Shown piece after piece: positions 1-10,607 of a DNA stretch of 64,000 nt. The notes below the pieces were generated by a model that was not told the DNA's origin, ran no database searches, and saw nothing but the letters and a program-made list of their open reading frames with translations. A program made the translations under genes and the position numbers. Source of the stretch: an uncultured Alphaproteobacteria bacterium (GTDB lineage: Bacteria > Pseudomonadota > Alphaproteobacteria > Rhizobiales > Xanthobacteraceae); NCBI GenBank assembly GCA_963751685.1, contig CAVVVV010000009.1, positions 200,563 through 264,562 on the forward strand, read 5' to 3'. Within the stretch, counting starts at the first letter, position 1, and the number at the start of each line of letters is the position of its first letter.

Positions 1-129
1 GCCGGCATCCTCTTGCGGACGGCGATCGTCGGAGCGGCCGAAGAGCTGCGCCTGTGCCGCCGCCGCGAAGAGGCAAACGGCAAGAGCGAGCGCGAAAATG
101 CGGACGGTCGCGGAAATCATGGCATTCAT
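1..129 (-). CDS. cpoB: Tol-Pal system protein CpoB/YbgF, N-terminal end only (runs off the window)
   Basis: Minus-strand ATG at 127-129 is followed by a Sec-type signal peptide, MNAMISATVRIFALALAVCLFAAAAQA. It lies directly downstream of pal, where cpoB/ybgF normally sits. Only about 43 codons are visible, so identity rests on synteny. Confidence 0.4.
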   Translation of the reverse strand, partial: MNAMISATVRIFALALAVCLFAAAAQAQLFGRSDDRRPQEDAG

Positions 130-280
130 TCGAGCGCGAGGTGGAAACGGCAATTCGCTTCCCCGTACAACCCGCGCATCCCGGTTTTTACCATAGGGCA
201 CGGAGTGCGTCCAAAATGGGGCTTCTTTGACGGCGCCGAAACTAAATCGCGGCCTGCGGCAAAATCGGAAACGCGCTCGA

Positions 281-775
281 TCAGGTGCTGCCCGCATTCA
301 GCACGGTGACCGCGCGGCGGTTCTGCGACCAGCAGGAGATGTCGTTGCAGACCGCGACCGGCCGTTCCTTGCCGTAGGAAATCGTGCGCATGCGCGAGCC
401 GTCGACGCCGCGGGCGATCAGATAATCGCGCGTGACCTGCGCGCGGCGGGCGCCGAGCGCGATGTTGTATTCGCGCGTGCCGCGCTCGTCGGCGTGACCT
501 TCGATGGTGAAGGCATAGCGGTTGTATTGGTTCAGCCACTGCGACTGCTTGTCGAGGGTGGCGCGCGCCTGCGGCGTGAGCTCGGTCGAATCGGTTTCGA
601 AGAATACGCGGTCGCCCACATTCACGACGAAATCCTGCGCCGAGCCGGGCGTGGCAGCGGACCCGCCGGGAGCGTTGGGATCGTTTGGATTGCTCGCGCA
701 GGCGGCAACCATCATCGCCGACCCGAGCAATGCGGCGAAACGCAACCCGCGAAGGAACCGCTTAAAATCCATCAT
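281..775 (-). CDS. pal: Peptidoglycan-associated lipoprotein Pal (OmpA family)
   Basis: Intact 164-aa ORF with a lipobox-like LGSAMMVAAC. It has an OmpA-like C-terminal domain (FTIEGHADERGTREYNIALGARRA) and lies downstream of tolB. Confidence 0.95.
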   Translation of the reverse strand: MMDFKRFLRGLRFAALLGSAMMVAACASNPNDPNAPGGSAATPGSAQDFVVNVGDRVFFETDSTELTPQARATLDKQSQWLNQYNRYAFTIEGHADERGTREYNIALGARRAQVTRDYLIARGVDGSRMRTISYGKERPVAVCNDISCWSQNRRAVTVLNAGST

Positions 776-993
776 GTCGGCTGGCTCCCTTTATCCCCTT
801 ACCGAAACTCGGGCCTGATCTAACCGCTCGAGGGTTAATCGAATATTCCGTCAACCTTGATGGAACCTTGGCCCGATAGCGAAAAATCGAGATTTCTCCG
901 TGGCTCATCGGGGAAACCGGCCGACGTGGTTAGCAATGAATTAACGGGAACTTTGTTCGGCAAAACGGCCATATCAAGGCCGCCGCGGCGAAC

Positions 994-2370
994 TCAGGAC
1001 AGCAGCGGCGACCAGGCAGGGTCCGAGGCGTAGCTCGGCGTCGGCACGCGCTGCTCGTTGTAGCCGGTGAGATCCACGGTGAAGAGCTGCGGGCCGGCAT
1101 TGCCGCCGGGATCGCGGAAGAACATCAGCACGCGGCCGTTCGGGGCCCAGGTCGGTCCCTCATTGTGGTAGCCCTCCGTCAGGATCCGCTCGCCCGAGCC
1201 GTCGGTGCGCATGACGCCGATCGCGAACGACCCGGCACCGCGCTTGGTGAAGGCGATGATGTCGCCGCGCGGCGACCATACCGGCGTCGAATAGGAGCCC
1301 TGGCCGAACGACAGGCGGCGCTGGCCGGAACCGTCGGCGCTCATGATGTAAATCTGCTGGCCGCCGCCGCGATCCGACTCGAACACGATCGAACGCCCGT
1401 CGGGCGAATAGGAAGGCGCGGTGTCGATCGCCGGCGTATCGGTCAGCCGCGTGGTGCGCCGCGAGCGCAAATCCATGACGAAGATGTTCGCAGTTGCCGC
1501 CCTGTTGCAGACTCATCACCACGCGCTGGCCCTCGGGCGAGAAGCGCGGGCTGAAGGTCATGCCGGGGAAGTCGCCGACGACCTCGCGCTGGCGCGTTTC
1601 GACGTTCATCAACAGCACCCGCGGCTCGCCGCGGCCATAGGACATGTAGGTGACTTCCTGGCTCGTCGGGTTGAAGCGCGGCGTCAGCACCAAATCTTCG
1701 CCGCTCGTGAGGTAGCGCACATTGGCGCCGTCCTGATCCATGATGGCGAGGCGCTTGATGCGGCGGTCTTTCGGCCCCGTCTCGTCGACGAAGACGATGC
1801 GCGAATCGAAATAGCCTTTCTCGCCGGTGATGCGCTCGTAAATCTGCGTCGGAAATGATATGCGCGATCCGCCGCATGTTGTCGGGCTGGCCGAAAAACT
1901 GCTGGCCGTTGAGATAGCTTCCGGCGAATACGTCCCACAGCCGGTATTCGACCTTGTAGCGGCCGTCCGGCACGCGGCCGATGCGGCCGGTCACCAGCGC
2001 CTGCGCGTTGATCACGCGCCAGTCCTGAAAGCGCGGGTTGGCGTCGATCGTCTGGATGCGCTCGATGAAGGAGGCGGGATCGAGCGGCTGAAACAGGCCC
2101 GAGCGGCGAAGATTGTTGGTGATGACCTGGATTCACTTCGCGGCCGGGCCCGCCTTCTTCCGGCGCGCCGCCCGCAACGAAATCGGGAATCGCGATCGGA
2201 ATCGGCTGCGGCGTGCCTTGCGTGACGTCGAGCTTGAGCACGGCCTGCGCCGGCGTGATCCTGCAGGCGACGAAAGCGGCCGCGGCGGCGCCTCCCGCTG
2301 CGGCCAACAGGCGCCGGCGCGAAAGCAAGCGCGCCGCAAGCGGGGAAGGAGTAACCGGTTTGTTGGTCAT
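994..2370 (-). CDS. tolB: Tol-Pal beta-propeller protein TolB (reading frame broken about 4 times in this assembly)
   Basis: ORF fragments 1684-2370, 1443-2015, 1160-1741 and 994-1476 abut and concatenate into one TolB. The pieces are a signal region ([16 protein letters not shown]), an N-terminal domain ([16 protein letters not shown] after a 1-nt shift near 2130), and propeller repeats ([36 protein letters not shown]). Confidence 0.9.
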
Positions 2371-2415
2371 GACGACGTTCGGATTTCCTATGGGAGCGCG
2401 GAGTGCGAAGCGAAT

Positions 2416-3311
2416 TCAGCCGCCCGACATCTCGCGCGGGTCGAAGGTGACTTCCATGTCGTGCCACAAGTCGAATTTTTCTTGCGGCAGCGTATTGAAG
2501 GGCTGCGCCATGAAGATCGCGCGGATCGCCTTCTCGCGAGCGATCATGAAGTTCTGGCTGTGCCCGCTGTTCATGACCAGCGGACGCGCCGTCGAGCGTG
2601 CCGTCGCGCTTGAGCTTGAAGCGGACGGTAACGATCAGTTCCTGCGGATTCTCGACGCCGACCGGCGGGTTCCATAGCGACATCAGCTTGCGCTTGATCG
2701 CATCCAATCTCGCTCATGGAAAGTGGCTCGGCGGTGCCGCGGTTCACGCCCAGCGAAGTCGCCGGCGGCGTATCGGACGAAATTTTCTGGCGTTGCGGCT
2801 CGCGCCGGTCAAGGAGGGCGGCGATCTTGTTCGGATCGAAATCGCGCTGCTTGGTCGGCGCCGCCTTCATCTGCTGCGCGGCCGTCTTCGGCTGCTCTTT
2901 CGGCGGCTCCGGCTTCTTCGGCGGCTCGGGCTTCTTCAGCGCCTCCTTCGGGTCGGGTTTCGGGTCCGGCTTTGCCTCGGGCTTCTTGTCCTCCACCTTC
3001 GCCTCCGGCTTTTGTTGCTCGGCGGGCGGCGGCGTGGCCGCCTTGATCTCCTGCTTCTCGGTGACCTTCTGGACGAGATCGGTGAGCTCCTTCGGATCCC
3101 CTTTCGTCTCGGCGATCTTCTCCGGCTTCGGCGCCGCCTTGCTCGAGCCCGCCTTGTTCAGGGTGAATTCGCTGATCGGCACGAGGTCGATCGCCATCGT
3201 TTCCGTCCGCACGGCATCGAGCGGCTTCGGCGTGAACGAGATCAGCCCCCATCAGAGGATGACCGCGTGAAAGATCGCGGAGACCGCAAGGCTCGGGCGG
3301 AAGCTTTGCAT
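2416..3311 (-). CDS. tolA: Tol-Pal protein TolA (at least 3 frame breaks)
   Basis: Starts with MQSFRPSLAVSAIFHAVIL (membrane anchor). A Pro/Lys/Glu-rich linker follows (KPEAKPDPKPDPKEALKKPEPPKKPEPPKEQPK). The TolA C-terminal domain reads IKRKLMSLWNPPVGVENPQELIVTVRFKLKRDGTL ... EVTFDPREMSGG, with the stop at 2416-2418. Sits between tolR and tolB. Confidence 0.75.
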
Positions 3312-3757
3312 CAGTTTCCTTCGACCTCGGTGATCAGCGCGACGCGCCGGTAGCCGGCGGCGGACAGGCGCCCCATGACGCGCATCACGCTGCCATAATC
3401 GACTTTCTTGTCGCCGCGCACATAAATGCGCTCGTCGGCGCCGTTCTTGGCGATCGCCTGCAGCTTCGGCACCAGCTCATCGAGCTTGATCTCGGTGTTC
3501 TGCAGATAAGTCTGCGCACTTGTCATTGACCGTGACCGTGAGCGGCTCGCGATCCTGGTCGAGCGACTTCGCCTGCGTCTGCGGCAGATCGATCGGCACG
3601 CCCGACGGTGAGCAGCGGCGCCGCCACCATGAAGATGATGAGCAGCACCAGCATCACGTCCACCATCGGCGTGACGTTGATCTCGCTCATCACATGAGTC
3701 GAGCGCCGCCGGCTGCGGCGGCTCTGCCATGACCCTGCCTGCTGCGTTGGCGGCCAT
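3311..3757 (-). CDS. tolR: Tol-Pal protein TolR (ExbD family; about 2 frame breaks)
   Basis: The ExbD/TolR signature MSEINVTPMVDVMLVLLIIFMVAAPLLTVG is in one frame. The C-terminal part, LVPKLQAIAKNGADERIYVRGDKKVDYGSVMRVMGRLSAAGYRRVALITE, is in another. The stop overlaps the tolA start by 1 nt (TGATG). Confidence 0.85.
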   Translation of the reverse strand: MAANAAGRVMAEPPQPAALDSCDERDQRHADGGRDAGAAHHLHGGGAAAHRRACRSICRRRRRSRSTRIASRSRSRSMTSAQTYLQNTEIKLDELVPKLQAIAKNGADERIYVRGDKKVDYGSVMRVMGRLSAAGYRRVALITEVEGN

Positions 3758-3767
3758 ATCCGATCCC

Positions 3768-4483
<716 letters not shown>

Positions 4484-4713
4484 CGAACAATTTCCTCGGC
4501 TCTTTGGCTTCGGGCCGAAGGCCGGAACGCCGCATGAGAAAAATAAAATGGATGGATCGGGCTTCGCCCCGGCAACGGCCTGGCAATTCTGCTGGGCTCG
4601 GTGTCGCCGCCCTCCCCCATCGGCTCAATTCGGCACGGAATCTGTCCAAACTTGGGCATTCGGGCCCGTCCCGGCGCTTAAAGAGCGCCTCTCGTGCTTA
4701 ATGTAAAGTTATC

Positions 4714-4881
4714 ACTAGTGCCCCGAACCCGAAGTTCGCACACACCGTGCCGCAAGCGGGGTTGCGAACTTCGGGTTCAGAAGGGGCACTAGCATTATAG
4801 AGTTGCTAGTGTCCCTTTGATTCCGAAGTTCGTATGCGAGTGTGCCGCGAAGGCTTACGAACTTCGGAATCGGGACACTAG
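4714..4881 (+). repeat. Dual-hairpin intergenic repeat, copy 1 (module A 4714-4792, module B 4806-4881)
   Basis: Each module is flanked by CTAG. It folds into a stem of about 26 bp (10 bp + bulge + 16 bp around the core CCGAAGTTCG / CGAACTTCGG) with a loop of about 21 nt containing GCCGCAAG. Near-identical copies are at 43919-44084 and 63274-63441 in the same orientation. Confidence 0.9.
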
Positions 4882-5297
4882 ACGCGCTCGGGGTTGCGCT
4901 CGGCATCCGCTCCCATCGCCTTGCGTAGCGGCTCGGGGATGCGCTTGGGCCTGCCCTCGGAGACGAAGGCAACGCGCACCTCCGCCTCGACCAGCACCTC
5001 TTCGCCGCGCACGACCCGCTGCAAGAGCGTGATCGAGGCGCCGGAAACCTCGCGCGACAGCGTGCGGACTTCCAGCAGGTCGTCCATGAAGGCGGGCTTG
5101 AGAAAATCGATCTTCATCGAGCGCACGACGAAGGCGAAGCTCGGCGCCTCCTTCTCGGTCTGCTCGAATAGCGCGCGGTGATCGGCGCCGATCAGCCGCA
5201 GGTAGTTGGTGCGCCCGCGCTCCATGAAGCGCAGATAATTGGCGTGATAGACGATGCCGGTGAAATCGGTGTCTTCGTAATAGACGCGCACCTGCAT
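4878..5297 (-). CDS. ybgC: Tol-Pal-associated acyl-CoA thioesterase YbgC (4HBT hotdog fold)
   Basis: Intact 139-aa ORF with [30 protein letters not shown], upstream of tolQ on the same strand. Its stop codon (revcomp of 4878-4880) is the terminal CTA of the repeat. Confidence 0.85.
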   Translation of the reverse strand: MQVRVYYEDTDFTGIVYHANYLRFMERGRTNYLRLIGADHRALFEQTEKEAPSFAFVVRSMKIDFLKPAFMDDLLEVRTLSREVSGASITLLQRVVRGEEVLVEAEVRVAFVSEGRPKRIPEPLRKAMGADAERNPERV

Positions 5298-5360
5298 CGC
5301 ATGGCCGCCTGCGATCAGGCGGCCGGCAAGCTCCGTCGATCGTGTCCTGGCCGGGTTTTT

Positions 5361-6403
5361 TCACTCGTCCTCGCCCTGATCGAAGAGCGGCATTTGTGCC
5401 GCGTCGCGAGCGGGTTCGGCAAGGCCGAGATGCTTGAAGGCGTGCGCGGTCAGCATGCGGCCGCGCGGCGTGCGCTGGACGAAGCCGCGCTGGATCAGAA
5501 ACGGCTCGATGATGTCCTCGATCGCGTCGCGCGGCTCGGAGAGCGCGGCGGAGATCGTCTCGATGCCGACCGGCCCGCCGCCATAGTGCTCCGCGATCAG
5601 CGACGAGGTAGCGGCGGTCCATGGCGTCGAGCCCGGCGGCATCGACCTCCAGATGCCCGAGCGCGCGGTCGGCGACGGCGCGCTCGATGGATTTGTCGCC
5701 CGCCACCAGCGCGAAGTCGCGCACGCGCTTCAAAAGACGCCCGGCGATGCGCGGCGTGCCGCGCGCGCGCCGCGCGATCTCGTGCGCGCCGTCGGCGGTG
5801 ACCGAAAGGCCGAGTACGCGCGCGCCGCGTTTCACGATCGTTTCCAACTCCGCGACCTCGTAGAAGCCGAGCCTGAATCGGAATGCCGAAGCGCTCGCGC
5901 AGCGGCGTGGTCAAAAGACCCGAGCGCGTGGTGGCGCCGACCAGCGTAAAGCGCGAAAGATCGATCTTCACCGAGCGCGCCGCCGGCCCCTCGCCGATGA
6001 TGAGATCGAGTTGATAGTCCTCCATCGCCGGATAGAGGATTTCCTCGATCGCGGGATTGAGCCGGTGGATTTCGTCAATGAACAGGACATCGCGGTCCTC
6101 GAGATTGGTGAGGAGTGCCGCAAGATCGCCGGCTTTGGCGATCACCGGCCCGGAAGTGGCGCGGAAATTCACGCCCAGTTCGCGCGCGACGATCTGCGCC
6201 AGCGTGGTCTTGCCGAGCCCGGGCGGACCGACCAAGAGCACGTGATCGAGCGCTTCTTTTCGCGTGCGCGCGGCCTCGATGAAGACCTTGAGATTGGAGC
6301 AGGCTTTTTCCTGCCCGATGAATTCGGCAAGCCGCTGCGGGCGCAGGCTCGCTTCCGCCTGATCTTCGTCGCGGCGTTCGGGGGAGACCAGAGGGCGGCT
6401 CAT
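5361..6403 (-). CDS. ruvB: Holliday junction helicase RuvB (2 frame breaks)
   Basis: Walker A is [18 protein letters not shown] and Walker B is [10 protein letters not shown]. The middle fragment reads [47 protein letters not shown]. The C-terminal fragment reads [41 protein letters not shown]. Confidence 0.93.
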
Positions 6404-7018
6404 CGCGCCAGCTCCTTAAGCCCCAGTCGAATGAGCGATTCCGTCGTCGCCTTGTCGCCTGCCGAGCGCACGGCGGCGGCGATCGCGGCACTTGCCTGAA
6501 TTTCCCCATAGCCGAGATTGACGAGTGCCGAGACCGCCTCGCTCACCGGCAGCGGCGCGCGGCGCTCGGCGAGATCGCCTTGCAAGCGCACCACCGAGGG
6601 ATCGACATTGGCGAAAGCCGGCGCCTTGTCTTTCAGCTCGGTGACGAGCCGTTGCGCGAGCTTCGGTCCCACGCCCGGCGCGCGTGCGATCTGCGCCTTG
6701 TCGCCCAGCGCGATCGCATTGGCGAGGTCGGCGACCTTCAGCGTGCCGAGCACCGCGAGCGCTACCTTGGCGCCGACGCCCTGCACGCCGGTGAGGATGC
6801 GGAACCACTCGCGCTCCAGATCGGTGGCGAAGCCATAGAGCCGGATCTGGTCCTCGCGCACCCAGGTCTCGATCGAGATCGTCGCCGCTTCGCCGGGAGC
6901 GGGCAAGCGATTGCAGCGTGCGCACCGAGCAATGCACGAGATAGCCGACGCCGTGCACGTCGAGCACGACGGAGTCCTCGCCGTAAGCGTCGATGACGCC
7001 GCGAAGCTTGCCGATCAT
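6400..7018 (-). CDS. ruvA: Holliday junction DNA-binding protein RuvA (1 frame break near 6905)
   Basis: [31 protein letters not shown] joins ..[41 protein letters not shown]... Overlaps ruvB and ruvC by 4 nt each. Confidence 0.92.
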
Positions 7019-7530
7019 CGCCCGCCTCCCGCCGCGAGCCGAAGCGCGGGCGCCGAGCGGTGATGGGCGTGGGTGATCGCGATCGCAAGCGCGTCGGCGG
7101 CGTCTTCGCTCTCGGGTGCCGCCTTCGGCAGCAATACGGCAATCATCTTGCGAATTTGCATCTTCTCCGCTCTGCCCGCCCCGACGATCGATTTCTTCAC
7201 GAGGTTCGGCGCGTATTCGGCAACGGGCAAGCCCGCCTTCGCCGGAACCAACAAGGCGATGCCGCGCGCCTGGCCGAGTTTCAGCGCCGTGCGCGGATCA
7301 GCATTGACGAAGGTCTCCTCCACCGCCGCCTCGTGCGGCGCATGCAGAGCGATGACGGCAACGAGCCCCTCGTAGAGGGCCGCGAGCCGCAAGGCGAGCG
7401 TGTCCTTGTCGTTCGTCTCGACTGCGCCGCAGGCGATATAAGAGAGCCGATTACCGGCGCATTCCACGACCCCCCAGCCGGTACGGCGGAGGCCCGGATC
7501 GAGCCCGAGAATGCGAATGGATCGGTTCAT
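7015..7530 (-). CDS. ruvC: Crossover junction endodeoxyribonuclease RuvC
   Basis: Intact 171-aa ORF. Motifs: [16 protein letters not shown], ..[20 protein letters not shown].., [13 protein letters not shown]. Confidence 0.95.
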   Translation of the reverse strand: MNRSIRILGLDPGLRRTGWGVVECAGNRLSYIACGAVETNDKDTLALRLAALYEGLVAVIALHAPHEAAVEETFVNADPRTALKLGQARGIALLVPAKAGLPVAEYAPNLVKKSIVGAGRAEKMQIRKMIAVLLPKAAPESEDAADALAIAITHAHHRSAPALRLAAGGGR

Positions 7531-7584
7531 GCTATTGCGCTGGCGTTTCGCCCTCGGCAGCTTTAGACCGCAAATCGCCCCCGC

Positions 7585-8361
7585 ATGATAGACCTTCCTG
7601 ACGTTTCCACCTTTACCGCTGTGCTTTCGGAACGGCGCTTCTTGCTCGCGGCCGCCATTTCAGCCATTGCGGGTGCGGCCCGCGGCTTCGCAGGCTTCGG
7701 GTCCGCGTTGATTTACATTCCGCTCATCAGCGCCGTCTATGAGCCGAAAATTGCCGCCGTGAGCCTCCTCCTGATCGATACCGCGAGCGGCGCGCCCTAT
7801 GGCGTGAGGGCGTTTCCGCAATGCGATTGGCGCGACGTCGGACCGGTCACGGCGGCGGCACTTCTCCTGCTCCCGCTCGGAACCTTTCTGTTGCTGGTTG
7901 TCGATCCCACGGCGCTGCGCTGGTTTATCGGCGCATTCGTACTTTTCGCGCTGCCTTTGCTCGCCAGCGGCTGGCGCTACCACGGCAAGCCGAAATTGCC
8001 GATCACGCTCGCCGTCGGCGCGATCGCGGGGCTCGCCAGCGGCGCGGTGCAAATCAGCGGGCCGCCGGTCATTCTCTATTGGCTGGGCGGCGCGCTGAAA
8101 ACCGCGACCGTGCGCGCCAACATGTTCGTGTTCTTCGGCGTGCTCGGTGTCGCCGGCTGCATCAATTACTTCGTCGAAGGATTATTCAGCCGGGAATCGC
8201 TCGCGCTCGCGGTCTTGCTCGCCATCCCCTACACGGCGCTTTTTCTTTTCGGCGCGGTTTCGTTCGACCGCGCATCCGACCAAATCTACCGCCGCATCGC
8301 CTACGCGCTGATCGGCTTGGCCGGCCTCGTCAGCCTGCCGATTTTTGATCGCTTGTTTTAA
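7585..8361 (+). CDS. TauE/SafE (DUF81) family anion-exporter membrane protein
   Basis: Intact 258-aa polytopic membrane ORF with the two-repeat TauE-like pattern ([14 protein letters not shown] ... [15 protein letters not shown]). Confidence 0.75.
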   Translation: MIDLPDVSTFTAVLSERRFLLAAAISAIAGAARGFAGFGSALIYIPLISAVYEPKIAAVSLLLIDTASGAPYGVRAFPQCDWRDVGPVTAAALLLLPLGTFLLLVVDPTALRWFIGAFVLFALPLLASGWRYHGKPKLPITLAVGAIAGLASGAVQISGPPVILYWLGGALKTATVRANMFVFFGVLGVAGCINYFVEGLFSRESLALAVLLAIPYTALFLFGAVSFDRASDQIYRRIAYALIGLAGLVSLPIFDRLF

Positions 8362-9248
8362 CCGTCGCCAAAATTCCGCTCGCGAGCAGAACGCCGAGGC
8401 TTGTGGTCGCTACTCCGACGATGGCGGCAAGGTCCGGCCACTCGCCGAGAATCGGGATCGCGAGCCCCGTCGCGACGACGGGAACCAACGCGACGAAGGC
8501 GGCGCCCTTCGAGGCGCCCAGCCGGTCAATACCGGTGTTGAAGGCAACGAGCGCGATGATGCCGGAGAGCACCCCTTGCAGCACCGCCTGGAAAACGATT
8601 TCGTGCACCTGCCCGGCGCGGATCGCCTCGATCACTGGCATGGTGCCGAACGGCAAGATCATCAACAGCGACCAGAAGGCGACGATGCCGGTGGCCTCGA
8701 TCGGCGTGAGGCCACTCGCGCGGAAGCCGAGCGTGTAGCCGGCATAGTTCAGCGCCGCCCATAGCAAGAGCAGATGGCCGAATGGATGTGTTGGCATCGG
8801 CGGCGGCGAGACTGCGACCGGCGATCGCGAACACGCCGACCGCGCAGCAGACAAAGCCGAGCGCCCGTAGCCAGCCCAAGCGCTCTTTGAAGAATAGCGC
8901 CGAGATCAGCGCGACAAGAATGGGCATCGTGCCCGGCACCAACGCCGCGAAATCCGCCGACGTCGCGTATTCCATGCCGGTCGCCGTCAGCAGCACGAAC
9001 GGCGTGCCCGCCCCAATGATGCAGAAAATCAGCGGAACGATCCTGCCGCGCGCGAAAATGCCCGCGTGCCAGATCGCGGGCGCGAGCAGGACCGTCGGCG
9101 CGATCATGCGCAACAGCGCAATCGCCGAGGGCGGCAGCGAATGCGTCACCGCCTGGCGCGTGAATACGATCCACGCGCCCCAGATCGCGACAGTAATGAG
9201 AAGCGCCGCGTAGCCGACGAGGCGCGCACGCCGGGAAGGATCGGTCAT
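8330..9248 (-). CDS. EamA/DMT-family transporter (1 frame break near 8800)
   Basis: Two abutting fragments each give an EamA-like 5-TM half (..LLITVAIWGAWIVFTR.. and ..GIIALVAFNTGIDRLGASKGAAFVALVPVVA..). Confidence 0.75.
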
Positions 9249-9309
9249 CCTTGCAGCTTAACGGGCTTCGCCGACCGCCCCACCCGATTCCGCGCCGCTT
9301 TTGCTGCGC

Positions 9310-10057
9310 TCATGCGCTCATTTTCTGTATCAGCGCGTCGGAAATCTCGAAATTGGCGTAGACATTCTGCACGTCGTCGTTTTCCTCGAGCGATTCGATC
9401 AGCTTCAGGATCTTCTCGCCCGCCTCGTCGTCGACGGCGACCGAATTCTGCGGCCGCCACACCAAACCCGTCTTCGCCGGCTCGCCGAATTTCGCCTCAA
9501 GCGCGCGCGCGACTTCGTGGAGGTTTTCGGCTGACGCGATCACCTCGTGGCCGACCGCGGAAGAAGACACATCGTCGGCGCCCGCCTCGATCGCGGCCTC
9601 GAGCATGGCGTCCGGCACTCGCCTTGCCGGCGTCGTATTGCACGACCCCGACGCGCTTGAACATGAACGAGACGGCGCCGGTTTCCGCCAGGCTGCCACC
9701 GTGCTTGGTGAAATAGGAGCGTACTTCCGAGGCGGTGCGGTTGCGATTGTCGGTGAGCGCCTCGACGATCACCGCCACGCCGCCCGGCGCGTAGCCCTCG
9801 TAGCGGATTTCCTCGTAGTTCTCGCCTTCGCCGCCCTGCGATTTTTTGATCGCGCGCTCGATATTATCCTTCGGCATGTTCTCGGCGCGCGCCGCCAACA
9901 TGGCCGCGCGCAGCCGCGGGTTCATCGCCGGGTCCGGCAGGCCCATCTTCGCCGAGACCGTGATTTCGCGCGCGAGCTTGCCGAACAGCTTCGCGCGGGC
10001 CGCGTCGGCGCGACCCTTCTTGTGCATGATGTTCTTGAATTGCGAATGCCCGGCCAT
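9310..10057 (-). CDS. yebC: YebC/PmpR-family DNA-binding transcriptional regulator (1 frame break near 9690)
   Basis: [37 protein letters not shown] ... [31 protein letters not shown] joins ..[41 protein letters not shown]. Confidence 0.92.
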
Positions 10058-10163
10058 GATTCCTCCGTGCGGCGAGGCTTATAGAGCGGCGGGAAGCAGA
10101 AATAAAGATTCCGGCCGCTCGGACGCTTCACCGCGGGCCCCGCCGCGGCGAAAAGCCCTACTC

Positions 10164-10197
10164 AAAAACAAAACCCCGCGCCGGAAGCGCGGGGGGT
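10164..10197 (-). terminator. Rho-independent terminator downstream of rpmE
   Basis: On the minus strand: CCCCGCGC-TTCCG-GCGCGGGG, followed by TTTTGTTTTT. Confidence 0.8.
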
Positions 10198-10220
10198 CCA
10201 CGTATTCAAAGTACCGGCGC

Positions 10221-10523
10221 TTACTTCTTTTTCGCGGCCTTTTCGGCTTTCGGCGCGGGCTTGTCTTCTTTCTTCGCCGGCTGGCTCACGGTATGGTCGC
10301 CGGTCTTGATGAAACCCGCGAACTTCTTCTGGAAGCGCGAGAGACGGCCGCCGCGATCGAGAAGCTGCTGCTGCCCGCCGGTCCAGGCGGGATGCGTCCT
10401 GGGATCGATATCGAGCTGCAAATTGTCGCCCGCCTTGCCCCAGGTCGAGCGCGTCGTGTATTCGCTACCGTCCGTCATCGTCACCTTGATGGGATGGTAA
10501 TCGGGGTGGATGCCGGGCTTCAT
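10221..10523 (-). CDS. rpmE: 50S ribosomal protein L31 (non-Zn type) with a Lys/Ala/Pro-rich C-terminal extension
   Basis: Intact 100-aa ORF reading [29 protein letters not shown]...[22 protein letters not shown]. The tail is ..[21 protein letters not shown]. Confidence 0.9.
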   Translation of the reverse strand: MKPGIHPDYHPIKVTMTDGSEYTTRSTWGKAGDNLQLDIDPRTHPAWTGGQQQLLDRGGRLSRFQKKFAGFIKTGDHTVSQPAKKEDKPAPKAEKAAKKK

Positions 10524-10607
10524 GGCTGCAAACCTCTTTGTCGTGGAGCGGCGCGGGCCTAGACCTCAGACGCCTCAATTGCGCGGCTACATACAGGAGA
10601 GCGCACG

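Noticed and set aside
13-823. ORFs 13-309 (+), 126-539 (-) and 227-823 (+) overlapping pal and the pal-cpoB spacer.
   Set aside because: They are alternative frames of the clearly identified pal gene, with low-complexity Arg-rich translations.
4631-4646. Sigma-54-like promoter GGCACGGAATCTGT in the ybgC-tolQ gap.
   Set aside because: The critical -12 GC is GT. The site is on the plus strand, whereas all nearby genes are on the minus strand.
4714-4881. The hairpin repeats as a CRISPR array or as tRNA/tmRNA-like genes.
   Set aside because: Each locus has only two related modules separated by a fixed 13-14 nt linker, with no unique spacers and no cas genes. The stems are 26 bp, far longer than tRNA arms, and there is no cloverleaf.
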